A stretch of DNA of 49,221 nt, taken from positions 1-49,221 of IMG/VR virus record IMGVR_UViG_3300025288_000032; one strand, given 5' to 3'. Shown here piece by piece: positions 17,901 through 27,539 of the stretch. Under the pieces are notes generated by a model, which was not told where the DNA came from, did no database searches, and was given only the letters and a program-made list of their open reading frames with translations. The position numbers and the translations under genes were made by a program. The DNA comes from a virus. Lineage: Duplodnaviria > Caudoviricetes. Every line of letters begins with the position of its first letter. Positions within the stretch are counted from its first letter, which is position 1.

Positions 17901-20900
17901 TATCGATAAGTTTCTGGTATTCGCGCTCGATAGCTCTGCGATCTTTGTCGCTTACTGCTTCGGAAAGCTCTTGATTTCGTTCCGCGCGTAGCGCATCTTT
18001 TTGCTCTTCGGTTATGGGCCGCGCTACATCGATTGTATAAATGATACCTTGCTTAAATTCCTCTAATGTATGCTTACCACGCGCTGCCAAGAGACTGAAT
18101 ACTTCCTGATTGACATTAGCTTCGCCGGCGTCGATGGTAATTAGAGAAGCCATTTTACGTAAATCCGCATCGGTCAAGCTGCCCAGTTTCACTCTACTAG
18201 TGACATTGAGCATTGCCGAGGTGCGATTGATCTGTTCCTTGGTAGCACCTTTGGTAAGCTGCCCGCTTAGTAATTCCACGGATGGAGACAGCACCGTGTT
18301 CATCATTTTGTTGTACTGAGCACGCAGTTGCGATGCTACTTTGCTCGTATCCCGAAAAATATCGTACAGGCGGCGATACCCTTGATTTTCTCGGGCTAAG
18401 AAATTCATCAACTTCAGTTCGTCGATCAAACGATTAGCGAAGTCACCAATATTTATGCCATTGTCTTTAGCTTCTTGGAATATGCTGGTGAGATCGAATA
18501 GTTTCGTGCTACGTTGCCCAAAGGCATTCGATGCTGCTACTCTATTGATTTCATCATAGTATTCCCCAGCTAATGCGAAGCGACCGGCGTTGTCTGGATC
18601 GGTGATACTCTCGATGTCACCTAATCGCTGAGCCAGTGTTCTATAGTCTACAAACGTACCTTTGGTAACACCGTTACGCACGTAGCGCCGAGATTGGCTA
18701 ACTAGATACCGAGCAGCATCGTCATCGAATTGAATACCCAGACTATTCAGGATATTCTTGATTGCATTCCAGAATCGCGAAATAATGTTCGTATCCAGGA
18801 TTCCTGCAAAATCGGCAAGATACTCCTCAGTAGCTTCCTGGCGACTTATCTTGCGAGCTTCCATGGCGGTGTTCACCGCAGCTTTGACCTTAGCACTGGA
18901 ATTGTAGACTGCATCGAGCGCAGTACGCAGTTCCTTTGGAGTCAGCAAACTACCAAAGCCGAAGTGCCCAAGCGACTCGTGTGCCAATGTAAATTTTAGT
19001 TGTTGCTCGGTAACGATACGGTCAGCAAAAATAATGACATTACCATTACCGAACGAGTAGCCTGTGGCGTTGGCTGTATCGAAATCTCCTTGCGGGCGAG
19101 CGGCAACGGCTTGTGCGTACAAACTGGGATTCTTCGCTTTGAAATCTGTTTGATTTCGATAAACGTATATTTTTGGGCGAATTTTCAGTCGCGACAAAAA
19201 CGCGATAGCTAGTAATTTTGTGCGACCTATTGAGACAGGTTTTGTAATGGGGGTGCCATCAGCATAATAATAACGACCGGTATTCTTGATATTCCAGTCG
19301 TCCAGCGAAAACGGAGCCTCGTAAGCGTCATCAGTTACATTGCTAGATTCGTCGATGAGCTTTTCTCGCTTGGCACGTACAGCGGGAGTTAGTTTTTCAG
19401 TAGCTACACGAAAGCTACCTTTGACGGTACCAGTGTAGGGCACGCCGGCCGCGTTGAAATAGGCAGATAGCTTGGTTCCGCTATGATCGAGGAACGATTC
19501 CAGTTTGGCAGCTAGCACAGCAGCCCATAGAGTACTCAGTTTTTTGATAACGCTTTGTTGCTGAGTTTTATTGAGCTTGTTCGGTTTGGTATTTTGTTCC
19601 TTGATATAGTCCGCCAGTATCGTTGCCGCGTTTGAGCGCGTATCCGTACCTTGCTTGGTACCAGGATTAGGAGTCTTGAGCTTGTTAGCCGTGGCAACAG
19701 GTAAATTCGCCGTGCGCAGTTGCCCAGAAGCGAGTAATTTCTTGGCCGCTTCGATTGGTAGCCCTTTGACTACGGTATTAAGTCCGGGTAACAACCCACG
19801 TCGTGTGACGTAATCGAACCACGGCTTGGAGTTACCTTTGTTTTCTCCGCGAGTGTATATCGCCTCAACTGCCAATAACGCATTAGCTTGCTTAAGTACG
19901 AGAGCATCTATGATATTTTGCTGCGCGTCGGAGAAAGTTGTATTTGTCAATAATTCACGGGCGCGTACAATTGCCGCCTTGGTGTTAGTTTCCTCATTGA
20001 CAAAATATGCGAATTCAATTACGACATCGATAGAATCGTGAAAATCCTGATTACGAATAGATGCCGCAGCCACAGAGAATTCAGTTTCAACCATTTGCAG
20101 CGGAGTCTCTTCGACTGTATCGAAAAGTTCCTCAGCCCTGCGTATGGTAGCTTTGTTACTGGCTACGATTTGACGCCACTCAGCACGTACAGATGCAGGC
20201 AATTTATCAAAAGTCGGAGCGCCTTCGGGTTTCATATCTTCCCACGCATCGGCGGGAGGAAGTGGCTCGACTTTTACTTGAGCTTTTTCTGCTTTTTTAG
20301 CGGCGACGGGCGCCGCTTGGGTTTTTGCTGCAACAGGTGCTACTTCCGCTGCCAGGATAGGCGCTAGTTCCTTAGCAGCGACGGGCGCTGTTTCTTTAGC
20401 GGCGACGGGCGCCGCTTCTTTAGCGGCAACGAGCGCTGCTTCTTTAGCGGCGACGGGCGCCGCTTGGGTTTTTGGGCGTTTGGATTCCTCTACCTGAATA
20501 GCGGATTTTTGCTTTTCTTTTTTCTCTTTGCCTTTGGTTTTGAGTTTGCTACCCTTTCCGGCAGTTTTTCGCTCGGTGGGTATTCCCGCTCCCACTCTTC
20601 CGCTAGTTTTGGGTTGTTTGCGTGCAACCACCGACGTTGTGCTTCGCTTTTGAACGGCACGTGGAGCCTCCTTCGGTACAATTTCGACTGCGGCAACACC
20701 TGCTTGACGTTTCAACCCGCGTTGTGTACGAAGTCTAACGACTGGCGGTTTGGCTGGGGCAACTACGATCTTTCTTTTCAACCCAGCTCCCTTGAGTGCA
20801 GCTATTGTCGGTTGCCCTTCTTGATTGAATATCGAAAGCTGAGTAGCAGTTGGCGAAACTTCAATAGGAGCAGCAGCTACTGAACGAGTACCAGGGATAC

Positions 20901-22923
20901 CACGACGCAGCGCTTCTCGCCGGCTAGGACGCGGAGCTTCTCGTCGCTTGAACAATTCAAGCTGTGTTGCCTGTGCTACTTTGTCTTGCTGTGTCGGCTC
21001 AACAGCAGCGACTTGTTGCGCTTGTTGTAGTATGAACAAGTCACGAGCATTCTGACTTTGCTGAGCCAGTTGCTCTGTTTGTCGTTGAATGAGTGCCTGT
21101 TGTTGAGCCTGTGCAGCTTCGAATTCTCGCTGGCGCCGCAAACGATCCCGAATAGCTTGTAACTGGTTACTTATTTGCGGGTTGAAGGGCGCTTGGGGAG
21201 CAGGACCGGAAAACTGAAGCGCCCCTTGAGCCGGGTTGAATACAGGCTGCGTTGGATTGACTACAGGCTGAATCGGATTGACTACAGGCTGAGCTTGACT
21301 TTGGTCAATAAAAGGAAATGCTGCCTGATTCTGCTGCAAGAATGGAAGCTCGCCCTGAGCCGGGTTGAATACAGGCTGCGTTGGATTGACTACAGGCTGA
21401 ATCGGACTGACTACAGGCTGAGCTTGACTTTGGTCAATAAAAGGAAATGCTACCTGATTCTGCCTTGGAAAAGGAAGTTCACCCTGGGCTGGATTGATTT
21501 CGGGAAGTATTGTTAAAGGAGATGCCTCGGACGCCGGAGCTCGCGGTTGCCTACGATAAGCCAATTCTTCCGCGGATAGCTCTCCAAAAATATTGAGTAC
21601 GCCTTGAGTACCTACTGGTTCAGGATTCTGAGCTGGATTAAGTAGATTAGCAGGTTGCCTACCTCGCAGATGCGCGATAGTGCCAAGCGGGCTACCAATA
21701 CCAGCTCCGGCAGCAAACGAGTTAATCAGCCGCTTGATATTTTCGGGAGCCTCGAAATCCTGATCCGACAAACCCAGCAGCAACGCTTCCTGCCCTAGCT
21801 CTTCAGTACCTTCAACAGTCCCTGCAACCGCGCCGCCTACTGCGCCACGTCGAAGTAGCTCTGCTCCCTTACGAGGAAGCGACGTTCCAGCACGTAACGC
21901 TGCTGGAGCACCTACGCCCTTAAATACACGAAGCGCCAATGCGTATTCCGGTAGTATGTCGAGAGCGGCGTAAACAGGTGCTCCGGACAAAGCCTTGAGG
22001 CGGGCTACTGTATCATCGGCATTAGCACCCTGGTCTCTCAATTCCCCATAGATGTCCCCCACGCCTATGCCGTAATCAGCTCCAAAAGATGCAGCAACAG
22101 CACCGGTAATGCCAGCAGCATTACGTAGCAATTTCTGCTCGGCGAAATTCAGACTTTCGTTTTTGAGGCGTTTGGTAAGTGCCGCTTTGACGCTTTGCTT
22201 CCACGCCGCCTTGCTAACCAAAGCGGCAAACGCGGCAAGCGCACCCCCAATAGGAGTACCGGAAGCAGCAGTACCAGCAACGAAACCTGTAACTGCCGCT
22301 GCAACAGACTCGATCAAATTCGGGCCTTGTTGTGCAAAATTCGCTACCAGCCAGTCAACGGCACCTTTACTGGAGTCGATATCGGTGAACTCACGTTCGA
22401 ATGGAGCGGTTTTACGTAGGTCTTCTACTTGTTGCTCGACAATTTTCCCGCCGGTTTCTTCAGCACCAACCGCCTGCAATGCACGGCCTGCCAGCAACTG
22501 CATGACATCGACCCCACGCCCAAAGTTACGCGTCGCAAGAGTTTCAAGCGACGGATCGCGTGCATTCTGGATAAGCTGTTTGTAGGACCGCATACCCAGA
22601 GGAATGAAATCGTTGTTTGTAGGAAATCCAGTAGGTCTACTATCGAGCAACGTTTCGGATTGCAGTAACGCTTGTGCGTCATCGTCTTTGAACGTTATCC
22701 CCTGAACATAGAATTCCTTGCGCGCACGATTGTATCCAATCGAAGGTTCTGGGGATGCCTCGGAAGTAGCGAACTGATTTCGCTGAGCAAGCTGAACACC
22801 CGCAGCAGCCAAACCTGCTAAATTATTAGCCGGTGTCGTAAGCGCATCCTGAAAACCAAACGGATTTCCTGATGCTTCAGGCGTGTCTTGAAAACCAAAC
22901 GGATTTACGATAGGAGACACCAT
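14917..22923 (-). CDS. Giant (2668 aa) internal virion/ejection protein with a putative zincin-like metallopeptidase motif
   Basis: Last gene of the structural arm, after an SLT-containing protein; LAHESLGH...EEYLA; helical C-terminal region. Confidence 0.8.
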   Translation of the reverse strand: MVSPIVNPFGFQDTPEASGNPFGFQDALTTPANNLAGLAAAGVQLAQRNQFATSEASPEPSIGYNRARKEFYVQGITFKDDDAQALLQSETLLDSRPTGFPTNNDFIPLGMRSYKQLIQNARDPSLETLATRNFGRGVDVMQLLAGRALQAVGAEETGGKIVEQQVEDLRKTAPFEREFTDIDSSKGAVDWLVANFAQQGPNLIESVAAAVTGFVAGTAASGTPIGGALAAFAALVSKAAWKQSVKAALTKRLKNESLNFAEQKLLRNAAGITGAVAASFGADYGIGVGDIYGELRDQGANADDTVARLKALSGAPVYAALDILPEYALALRVFKGVGAPAALRAGTSLPRKGAELLRRGAVGGAVAGTVEGTEELGQEALLLGLSDQDFEAPENIKRLINSFAAGAGIGSPLGTIAHLRGRQPANLLNPAQNPEPVGTQGVLNIFGELSAEELAYRRQPRAPASEASPLTILPEINPAQGELPFPRQNQVAFPFIDQSQAQPVVSPIQPVVNPTQPVFNPAQGELPFLQQNQAAFPFIDQSQAQPVVNPIQPVVNPTQPVFNPAQGALQFSGPAPQAPFNPQISNQLQAIRDRLRRQREFEAAQAQQQALIQRQTEQLAQQSQNARDLFILQQAQQVAAVEPTQQDKVAQATQLELFKRREAPRPSRREALRRGIPGTRSVAAAPIEVSPTATQLSIFNQEGQPTIAALKGAGLKRKIVVAPAKPPVVRLRTQRGLKRQAGVAAVEIVPKEAPRAVQKRSTTSVVARKQPKTSGRVGAGIPTERKTAGKGSKLKTKGKEKKEKQKSAIQVEESKRPKTQAAPVAAKEAALVAAKEAAPVAAKETAPVAAKELAPILAAEVAPVAAKTQAAPVAAKKAEKAQVKVEPLPPADAWEDMKPEGAPTFDKLPASVRAEWRQIVASNKATIRRAEELFDTVEETPLQMVETEFSVAAASIRNQDFHDSIDVVIEFAYFVNEETNTKAAIVRARELLTNTTFSDAQQNIIDALVLKQANALLAVEAIYTRGENKGNSKPWFDYVTRRGLLPGLNTVVKGLPIEAAKKLLASGQLRTANLPVATANKLKTPNPGTKQGTDTRSNAATILADYIKEQNTKPNKLNKTQQQSVIKKLSTLWAAVLAAKLESFLDHSGTKLSAYFNAAGVPYTGTVKGSFRVATEKLTPAVRAKREKLIDESSNVTDDAYEAPFSLDDWNIKNTGRYYYADGTPITKPVSIGRTKLLAIAFLSRLKIRPKIYVYRNQTDFKAKNPSLYAQAVAARPQGDFDTANATGYSFGNGNVIIFADRIVTEQQLKFTLAHESLGHFGFGSLLTPKELRTALDAVYNSSAKVKAAVNTAMEARKISRQEATEEYLADFAGILDTNIISRFWNAIKNILNSLGIQFDDDAARYLVSQSRRYVRNGVTKGTFVDYRTLAQRLGDIESITDPDNAGRFALAGEYYDEINRVAASNAFGQRSTKLFDLTSIFQEAKDNGINIGDFANRLIDELKLMNFLARENQGYRRLYDIFRDTSKVASQLRAQYNKMMNTVLSPSVELLSGQLTKGATKEQINRTSAMLNVTSRVKLGSLTDADLRKMASLITIDAGEANVNQEVFSLLAARGKHTLEEFKQGIIYTIDVARPITEEQKDALRAERNQELSEAVSDKDRRAIEREYQKLIDNPSGTVEVEQVFTAIPELTEDSPEWIMYNEVRDTMNQSALDMLLANYTAAKGERVNVEHVLQRFLDRALTENDRAFITTIEDKYLELRSKDSTIDASGVLLTKQASIATADEFAKKFNAAVLGRDTDRNQDVQEFFDDAKADDIFAGIEALKKGSNIPHSGPDRFIMQQAVQNLALFELSKTDAELFAKRSIAGGYVPFGREGSWQVRIQATDPQTGRIYKISEQYRQHLLFAQVKTRAQAEAMAERVQSLFDDVENGFELEVLDGADFVVKKVKLVAHAETARETVTVAAEANLNEIIATLTRFSISITPEERKNLIVGLTKQNAKARTRLRRANTPGEDPNTIKYVSQHLESTASTVARKRNRHRLDRLFDDKNPEAIRLWFGDKLEYERRKTAWETAKENPNMSEAQKFAIKREFDDYHYTFVTKNSPVMGNRFKDRGRRAVAFMESQQNVDYTDFASGDAASVIRTATTFTFMGASFATALLNYMALATNVVPALAGYNEKNAFGGGFGWGLSTVEVSRATNITRANKQSEVKFWDDLLADPDKLAASGFTEAEALFMQKEVGGGTMQAALTNALLGSARGKFRSGATKAAAQTWMSLFNFTEQHSRRATGLATFRLAYARALAEGKDKATAFEAADRFAVDMINNTLGDYALHNRPALFRGDVRQFLFIFKTFPVNSILMLSALARKEQLLALGILALFSGLKGLPFADDLADIIDTIAQALGLGPSKLWKGSAERTLAEALDAIAPGMTPVLMRGFLNSFTPANVADRVSLSNVFPGTGIALAGANVGRELVEIAGPVASFMQGALVTAANAAKWGLGTAGVIDDTTSFNKVLRESPAVAFRALGDMMAYNNAGAIINRKGYVVSNDLHLGTMLTRALSFYPASAVAENDVVRMAKRVGDYQKEITTTYRGLYIGAKLAKDERHAREVVQMVRDWNKAAKGTGLEIGNFESLANRALREAKRTTTERFLRSVSRTLRPETQRIIDLLS
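20295..20468 (-). repeat. 24-bp coding repeats (AAPVAAKE-like, about 7 copies)
   Basis: ttagcggcgacgggcgccgctt-type units seen directly. Confidence 0.85.
20490..20660 (-). CDS. Nested out-of-frame small basic protein (MPFKSEAQRRWLHANNPKLAEEWEREYP..., 56 aa)
   Basis: AAGGAGG 6 nt before the GTG start; resembles recurrent phage MPFKSxAQRR-type small proteins (from recall, not searched). Confidence 0.65.
   Translation of the reverse strand: MPFKSEAQRRWLHANNPKLAEEWEREYPPSEKLPERVANSKPKAKRKKKSKNPLFR
21225..21495 (-). repeat. 129-bp (43-aa) near-perfect tandem duplication in the giant gene
   Basis: ccgggttgaatacaggctgcg at 21231 and 21360. Confidence 0.92.
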
Positions 22924-22924
22924 A

Positions 22925-24742
22925 TTAGTAGCCTACATTCAGACCTGCGACAGGTTGTGCAACTGGCGGAAGCGTAATTGGACCAGCCGCAGATTCCTCG
23001 ATTGTACCCTCGGCTGGAATTACGAATACTTGGTTGCCGCGCTGTAGGTAAGCTATACCCTTGGTAGTGTCGATAGTTAATTTGCCATTCTGTTGTTTGG
23101 CCCGCTCTACAGCCAGATTGTATTCGCCTTGCACAATTGAATTCTGAATATCTCGCATGGCGTTGACTAGTGCATCGCCGTATCTCTGTTTGAGGGCTAG
23201 TTCATTTTCCATCGCAGCAGACTTGGCGTGTGCAGCACGAGCATTAGGGCTGAACTCTCTGAGTGCCATCGTAGCCAACATTGCCGGAGACACACCTTCC
23301 TTCACTTTCTTGCCATTGACAAAGTAGTTATACTTGCCATCTGTACGAGGCTGAATCCCTACCGGGGCTCCCAGGTATTGCGTCAGCACTCCGGCTAACC
23401 GGCGAGGATCGTTAGCCGCTGTGAGTTCACGTAGCCCCTGCATTCCTTGTAGATAGGTTTGCTTCTCTGCAACTTGTTGCTGCAATTGAAGCAATCCTGC
23501 GTCAATTTTACCAATCGAATCCCGCAACCGGTCAGCCGCTTGGATACCTCCAGCCGTACCGCTACGCATATACACTTGTGCCAATTGCCCCGCTTCGTTA
23601 CGCTGCCTTGTAAGAAAACTCATTTGTTGCTGCGCAACTTGTTGTAGCTGCTGCAATTCGAAAGGAATGGTTTGTGGATTGGCAAGGTAGAATTCAGCCA
23701 ATTGCTTGTTACGTGCCTGAGTCTGCGGAATTTCAAGCGGCGAGCTCGTTCTTGCCAGAATAGTGTCGGTTACCGCAGCTACACTAGTCTTGCTGGCTCC
23801 CTTATATTTTTGAATGGCCCGTGTGTAGTCGCCGTTATTTTGCTGGAGATATTGGGCAAACAACTGTGCTGCAAATGGAATGGCTGTATTCGGATCGAGC
23901 CGTTGCTTACGAGTCAAACCATGTACATCGGCAATTTGTGCAATACCCAGCCCAAATTTCTCTCCACGAGGAGACACCGCTTTTGGGTTAAACGACGATT
24001 CCGTACCAAGCAAGCGCTTGAATATTACGGCGTCAATACCGTTTTGCTGAGCACTCTGAGTAATCAGTGCATCGTATGGTGTAGTTGTAGCATCATATTT
24101 CTGCGTTTGTTTGGGAGCAGAAGGAGCAGCCTGAGCCACAGAAGGAGCAGCAGGAGCAGCAGAGGTGCTCAGAGGATATGTATACTGCGGATTAACCCGC
24201 TGATACTCCGCACGAGCGACAGGTATTGCTTGTTTATAGTAACTTGACTCCAAACGAGCTATTTCTTTTTTCGTAGCAGCGATCTGAGCCTTGTTACCTA
24301 CCGGCGTCGGTAAGTAAAACGGACCTTCTAGCTCTTTTAAGCGCATACGAGCTTGACCAAGCTGCGAAAAAAGACCTTCAGGATACTGCAATCCTGCTGA
24401 CTGCGCAGCAGGAGCAGCCTGAGCCACAGAAGGAGCAGAAGGAGCAGCCTGAGCCACAGAAGGAGCAGCAGGAGCAACAGGAGCAACAGAAGCAACAGGA
24501 GTAACAGGAGCATTAGCCAAAGGCAGTGCTTGCCCAGGGGCAATTCCTTGTGCAAACTGAGCTACATCCACAGGCTGAAACGAAGGTAACTGCAACCCAG
24601 CTAGATTCTGTTTCAAGTCAGCGATACGATTCTGTTCCTCGGTTGCTAGTTGATTTTGCCGAGCAACACGAATTGCTTCTTCAGCCTGTCGCTGACCTTG
24701 ACTAACGACGCCGGCATTACCAAGCAGTTGTCCGAAATCCAT
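22925..24742 (-). CDS. Internal virion/ejection protein with a lytic transglycosylase (SLT) domain
   Basis: LLGTESSFNPKAVS, GLGIAQI, AIQKYKG; Ala/Pro-rich repeats. Confidence 0.85.
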   Translation of the reverse strand: MDFGQLLGNAGVVSQGQRQAEEAIRVARQNQLATEEQNRIADLKQNLAGLQLPSFQPVDVAQFAQGIAPGQALPLANAPVTPVASVAPVAPAAPSVAQAAPSAPSVAQAAPAAQSAGLQYPEGLFSQLGQARMRLKELEGPFYLPTPVGNKAQIAATKKEIARLESSYYKQAIPVARAEYQRVNPQYTYPLSTSAAPAAPSVAQAAPSAPKQTQKYDATTTPYDALITQSAQQNGIDAVIFKRLLGTESSFNPKAVSPRGEKFGLGIAQIADVHGLTRKQRLDPNTAIPFAAQLFAQYLQQNNGDYTRAIQKYKGASKTSVAAVTDTILARTSSPLEIPQTQARNKQLAEFYLANPQTIPFELQQLQQVAQQQMSFLTRQRNEAGQLAQVYMRSGTAGGIQAADRLRDSIGKIDAGLLQLQQQVAEKQTYLQGMQGLRELTAANDPRRLAGVLTQYLGAPVGIQPRTDGKYNYFVNGKKVKEGVSPAMLATMALREFSPNARAAHAKSAAMENELALKQRYGDALVNAMRDIQNSIVQGEYNLAVERAKQQNGKLTIDTTKGIAYLQRGNQVFVIPAEGTIEESAAGPITLPPVAQPVAGLNVGY

Positions 24743-24747
24743 GAGAT

Positions 24748-26112
24748 TTACCTTCCGCGACTTCTAGCTTCTTCAGTACCAGTAAGGGAGCCAAACAAAC
24801 TCCCAATATCCAGCGCGCGCTGTCTTGCACGAAGAGCAGCATCGGCATTACTGGCACGCAAACCTGAGAAACTTCCTGTACTATTCGGATACTCCTTCGG
24901 CAATGCGTTCAAACCTGCCTGTATGGTGCTTAGCCGCCCAGAAATACCTTGCAGAAGCCCTTGATCGAACGCACTACCTGTATCTCGGGCAGTTGCCAAA
25001 TCGAAGCGTCGCGCTTCAGCCGTACGAACCGGCCCTTCGAGTCCGCGTAGTCCAGCTTGCTTGGCACGAGCACCGGCTGTTTGTGCTCGTCGAGCACGTT
25101 GCAAACCGAAATACTCAGGATCGAAGTATTTGGACTCGCCGATGAGATTTTGTGCTTGCTCCAAACGAAGCGCAAACAAGCCGGCATTATTTTGCTGAAG
25201 CGTACGCAATTCCTCGGTCTGCGCATCTAGCAAAGCTCGTTCTGCATCGGTAAGTCCGTCGCCCGCCAAAGCCGATCCAGCAAGATTGCCGGCAGCGCGA
25301 AGTGTCAGATCAGCCAGTGCTTTGGGATCGCTGAACTTAGCCGCAATCTCGCCAGGTACTCTCTTGAGTGCCTCAATGAATGACAGCGGCTTATTCGGCG
25401 CAGGAACCTGCCCACTCGGAGTAGCAGCAGCTTGGAAAGCACCCGACCCAGTAATCGTTTGCGTGCCGCCCGTAATGGGGTTGAGTGTAGTTAGTTGTAA
25501 CCCAGTAGACGGCGGCGCATATGCACCTAAACTATAATCAAGTGGAACTCCCGCTGCTGTTGCAGCATTTGCCCCAGCTTGGAAGAACCCCGGATTAGGA
25601 GCTTGAAAACCAACACCAGCCGTTGCCGGATTAAATCCACCCGTGGGGAATTGCACTCCCGAGGTAAGACTATAATCTAACCCATCAAATCCTGCTCCTG
25701 TCTCCGCGCCGCTAAGAGAGACTGGGAACGTCGTTGCCGGTGCTGCCCCGCCAAAACCTGTTGCCGCCTCACCAGCACCTAGATTCAATCCGGCAGGCGG
25801 TTGTCCAATTGCAGAAAACGTGGGTTGCGCAGCGGCAGCAGATGGGGCAGAAATAAAGCCACCAATCCCCCCGCCAATCCCCCCGGTCAAAGCGCCTTTG
25901 AGGAAACTACCTCCAAGTACCGCTTGCGAGGCACCCCCTAGTACCGTCCCAACAGCAGCAGACCCAAGTACGCTACCAACTGTTGCGGAGACTCCGAATG
26001 TGGCAGCACTAATGCCGAATGAAGTAGCAATGGAGCTGGCAATGACTGGTGCGGCAAAAGGAATTGCTATTGCTGCGGCTACCCCAATAATAGTTTTTAC
26101 GGCTTTGCTCAT
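24748..26112 (-). CDS. Ejection/DNA-transfer (pilot-like) protein, Gly/Ala-rich hydrophobic N-terminus
   Basis: AGGAGG RBS before ATG 26112; position ahead of the SLT protein. Confidence 0.72.
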   Translation of the reverse strand: MSKAVKTIIGVAAAIAIPFAAPVIASSIATSFGISAATFGVSATVGSVLGSAAVGTVLGGASQAVLGGSFLKGALTGGIGGGIGGFISAPSAAAAQPTFSAIGQPPAGLNLGAGEAATGFGGAAPATTFPVSLSGAETGAGFDGLDYSLTSGVQFPTGGFNPATAGVGFQAPNPGFFQAGANAATAAGVPLDYSLGAYAPPSTGLQLTTLNPITGGTQTITGSGAFQAAATPSGQVPAPNKPLSFIEALKRVPGEIAAKFSDPKALADLTLRAAGNLAGSALAGDGLTDAERALLDAQTEELRTLQQNNAGLFALRLEQAQNLIGESKYFDPEYFGLQRARRAQTAGARAKQAGLRGLEGPVRTAEARRFDLATARDTGSAFDQGLLQGISGRLSTIQAGLNALPKEYPNSTGSFSGLRASNADAALRARQRALDIGSLFGSLTGTEEARSRGR

Positions 26113-26372
26113 TCTACCCTCCTGCAACGCTCCAGAATTGCACGAATTAGTGTATCATCATCCTTCAACGCGAAGTAGTCAAGCAACAACGCTTTCACCT
26201 GCTCCGAAGACGCGGTTGTTGGTGCCAACGTTTCCCATCGAAGCTCTGGCGCCCCCGAAACTTCACTCACGCACGGCACCATCACCGGTATCTTCACCGT
26301 TTCAGGCACCGCGGGCAAGCTATTGCACCCGGCGAGCAGCAGAGAACAGAGCACCAATCGTCGCAAGTTCAT
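26109..26372 (-). CDS. o-spanin (Rz1-like lipoprotein)
   Basis: Lipobox LLAGC, Pro-rich segment, overlaps the i-spanin 3' end. Confidence 0.82.
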   Translation of the reverse strand: MNLRRLVLCSLLLAGCNSLPAVPETVKIPVMVPCVSEVSGAPELRWETLAPTTASSEQVKALLLDYFALKDDDTLIRAILERCRRVE

Positions 26373-26691
26373 CCTCGCACTTCCCTGGCACCGCCGGCGC
26401 CGGCACGCGCTCGACCGCCACAGTCACCTTGGCACGTTTTTGCTGAAGAATTTCTGCTTCCTTCAACGCCTTCTTCGCCCTTTCCTGAGCGCTCTTCGTC
26501 GCCTTCTCCAACTTCGTGACTTCCGCGTTTTGCTCCGTGAGCTTCGAGGCAAGCGTCGTGTACGCCGCAATCGCTTCCGCCTTTTTGGCCTGGCACGAGT
26601 TCAGCCGGTACGACTGCACACCAAGCGCGAGGCCCAGAGCGACCACAACGCCGACGGCCAGCGGCCAAGGCGAAAACGGAAGCGGGATCAT
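26320..26691 (-). CDS. i-spanin (Rz-like)
   Basis: N-terminal TM helix, coiled coil, C-terminal Cys. Confidence 0.82.
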   Translation of the reverse strand: MIPLPFSPWPLAVGVVVALGLALGVQSYRLNSCQAKKAEAIAAYTTLASKLTEQNAEVTKLEKATKSAQERAKKALKEAEILQQKRAKVTVAVERVPAPAVPGKCEDELATIGALFSAARRVQ

Positions 26692-26903
26692 TTCTCACTC
26701 AGCGGCATCGTCGTCACCACCCTCAGCACCGCCGTCACTACCGAGATCGTGAGCAGCACCACCGCAACCGTCGAGCTTCCGAACACCGACTGGAGCGATT
26801 CTCGCACGAGACCGCTTGCCGCTTCTAACGCACCGAACAACGCGAGCGCCAGCGAGAACCACATCGTTCTGCTTTTCAACGCACCTTTAACCCACTCATT
26901 CAT
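26688..26903 (-). CDS. Putative holin (2 TM)
   Basis: KSRTMWF...VLRVVTTMPLSEK; lies between endolysin and spanins. Confidence 0.75.
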   Translation of the reverse strand: MNEWVKGALKSRTMWFSLALALFGALEAASGLVRESLQSVFGSSTVAVVLLTISVVTAVLRVVTTMPLSEK

Positions 26904-27318
26904 CTTCTTCTCCTTGTCGAATCAACATCGTAACCCTCTGTGCCCGCGAAGGTGTCTGGTGTGCCCACTTGCTTTCCAACGCCGCTTCCGCCGCCCCTTC
27001 GTAATCGCCCTCGACGATTCGCCCAATCATCGTATGAAACCCCATCAACCCACTAACCCCTAGCTGGTACGCCATATTCAAAAGTCCCCTTCTCACCGGC
27101 TCAGGCAGAGCATCAAACGTCGGAAACGCCCGAGTTAGCTCTTCCTCAATCTTCCCCACCAAAAACTCAAGCCAAAACTCCCCCACCTCCTTCGGTATCT
27201 TTCCCTTCTTACCCGGATCAACCAGAAACCCATATCCAATCGTCCAGAACCCAAGGCTGTCCTTATACAACGAATCCCGCCAACCTTCGTCATTCTTAAG
27301 ATCATCAATAACGCTCAT
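26896..27318 (-). CDS. Endolysin, T4-lysozyme-like (GH24)
   Basis: DEG....YKDSLGFWTIGYG catalytic E-D-T triad; NMAYQLG; SKWAHQTPSRA. Confidence 0.93.
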   Translation of the reverse strand: MSVIDDLKNDEGWRDSLYKDSLGFWTIGYGFLVDPGKKGKIPKEVGEFWLEFLVGKIEEELTRAFPTFDALPEPVRRGLLNMAYQLGVSGLMGFHTMIGRIVEGDYEGAAEAALESKWAHQTPSRAQRVTMLIRQGEEDE

Positions 27319-27539
27319 CGCCCTTCATCCTCGATGTGGAAATGCCGATCTTCGGCGTCTTTCAAAATTTGCTGCACCTCATCACTCAACATGCGTCCGT
27401 ACTCGTACCGGAGGACAGCGATGTCGGGCGTGCTCCAGACCTTTCCCTCAAAATCCCGAATTATATATTCACCCTTGTCGTTGACAATTGTGTACTCACA
27501 GGAACCACCCACGAGAATCGTTCCCAGTTTCGTTGTCAT
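27315..27539 (-). CDS. Hypothetical protein (MTTKLG...)
   Basis: ATGA overlaps at both ends; start revised from 27590. Confidence 0.6.
   Translation of the reverse strand: MTTKLGTILVGGSCEYTIVNDKGEYIIRDFEGKVWSTPDIAVLRYEYGRMLSDEVQQILKDAEDRHFHIEDEGR

Noticed and set aside
24337-24555. Poly-Leu ORF
   Set aside because: Alternate-frame reading of the Ala/Pro repeats in the SLT protein; no RBS.
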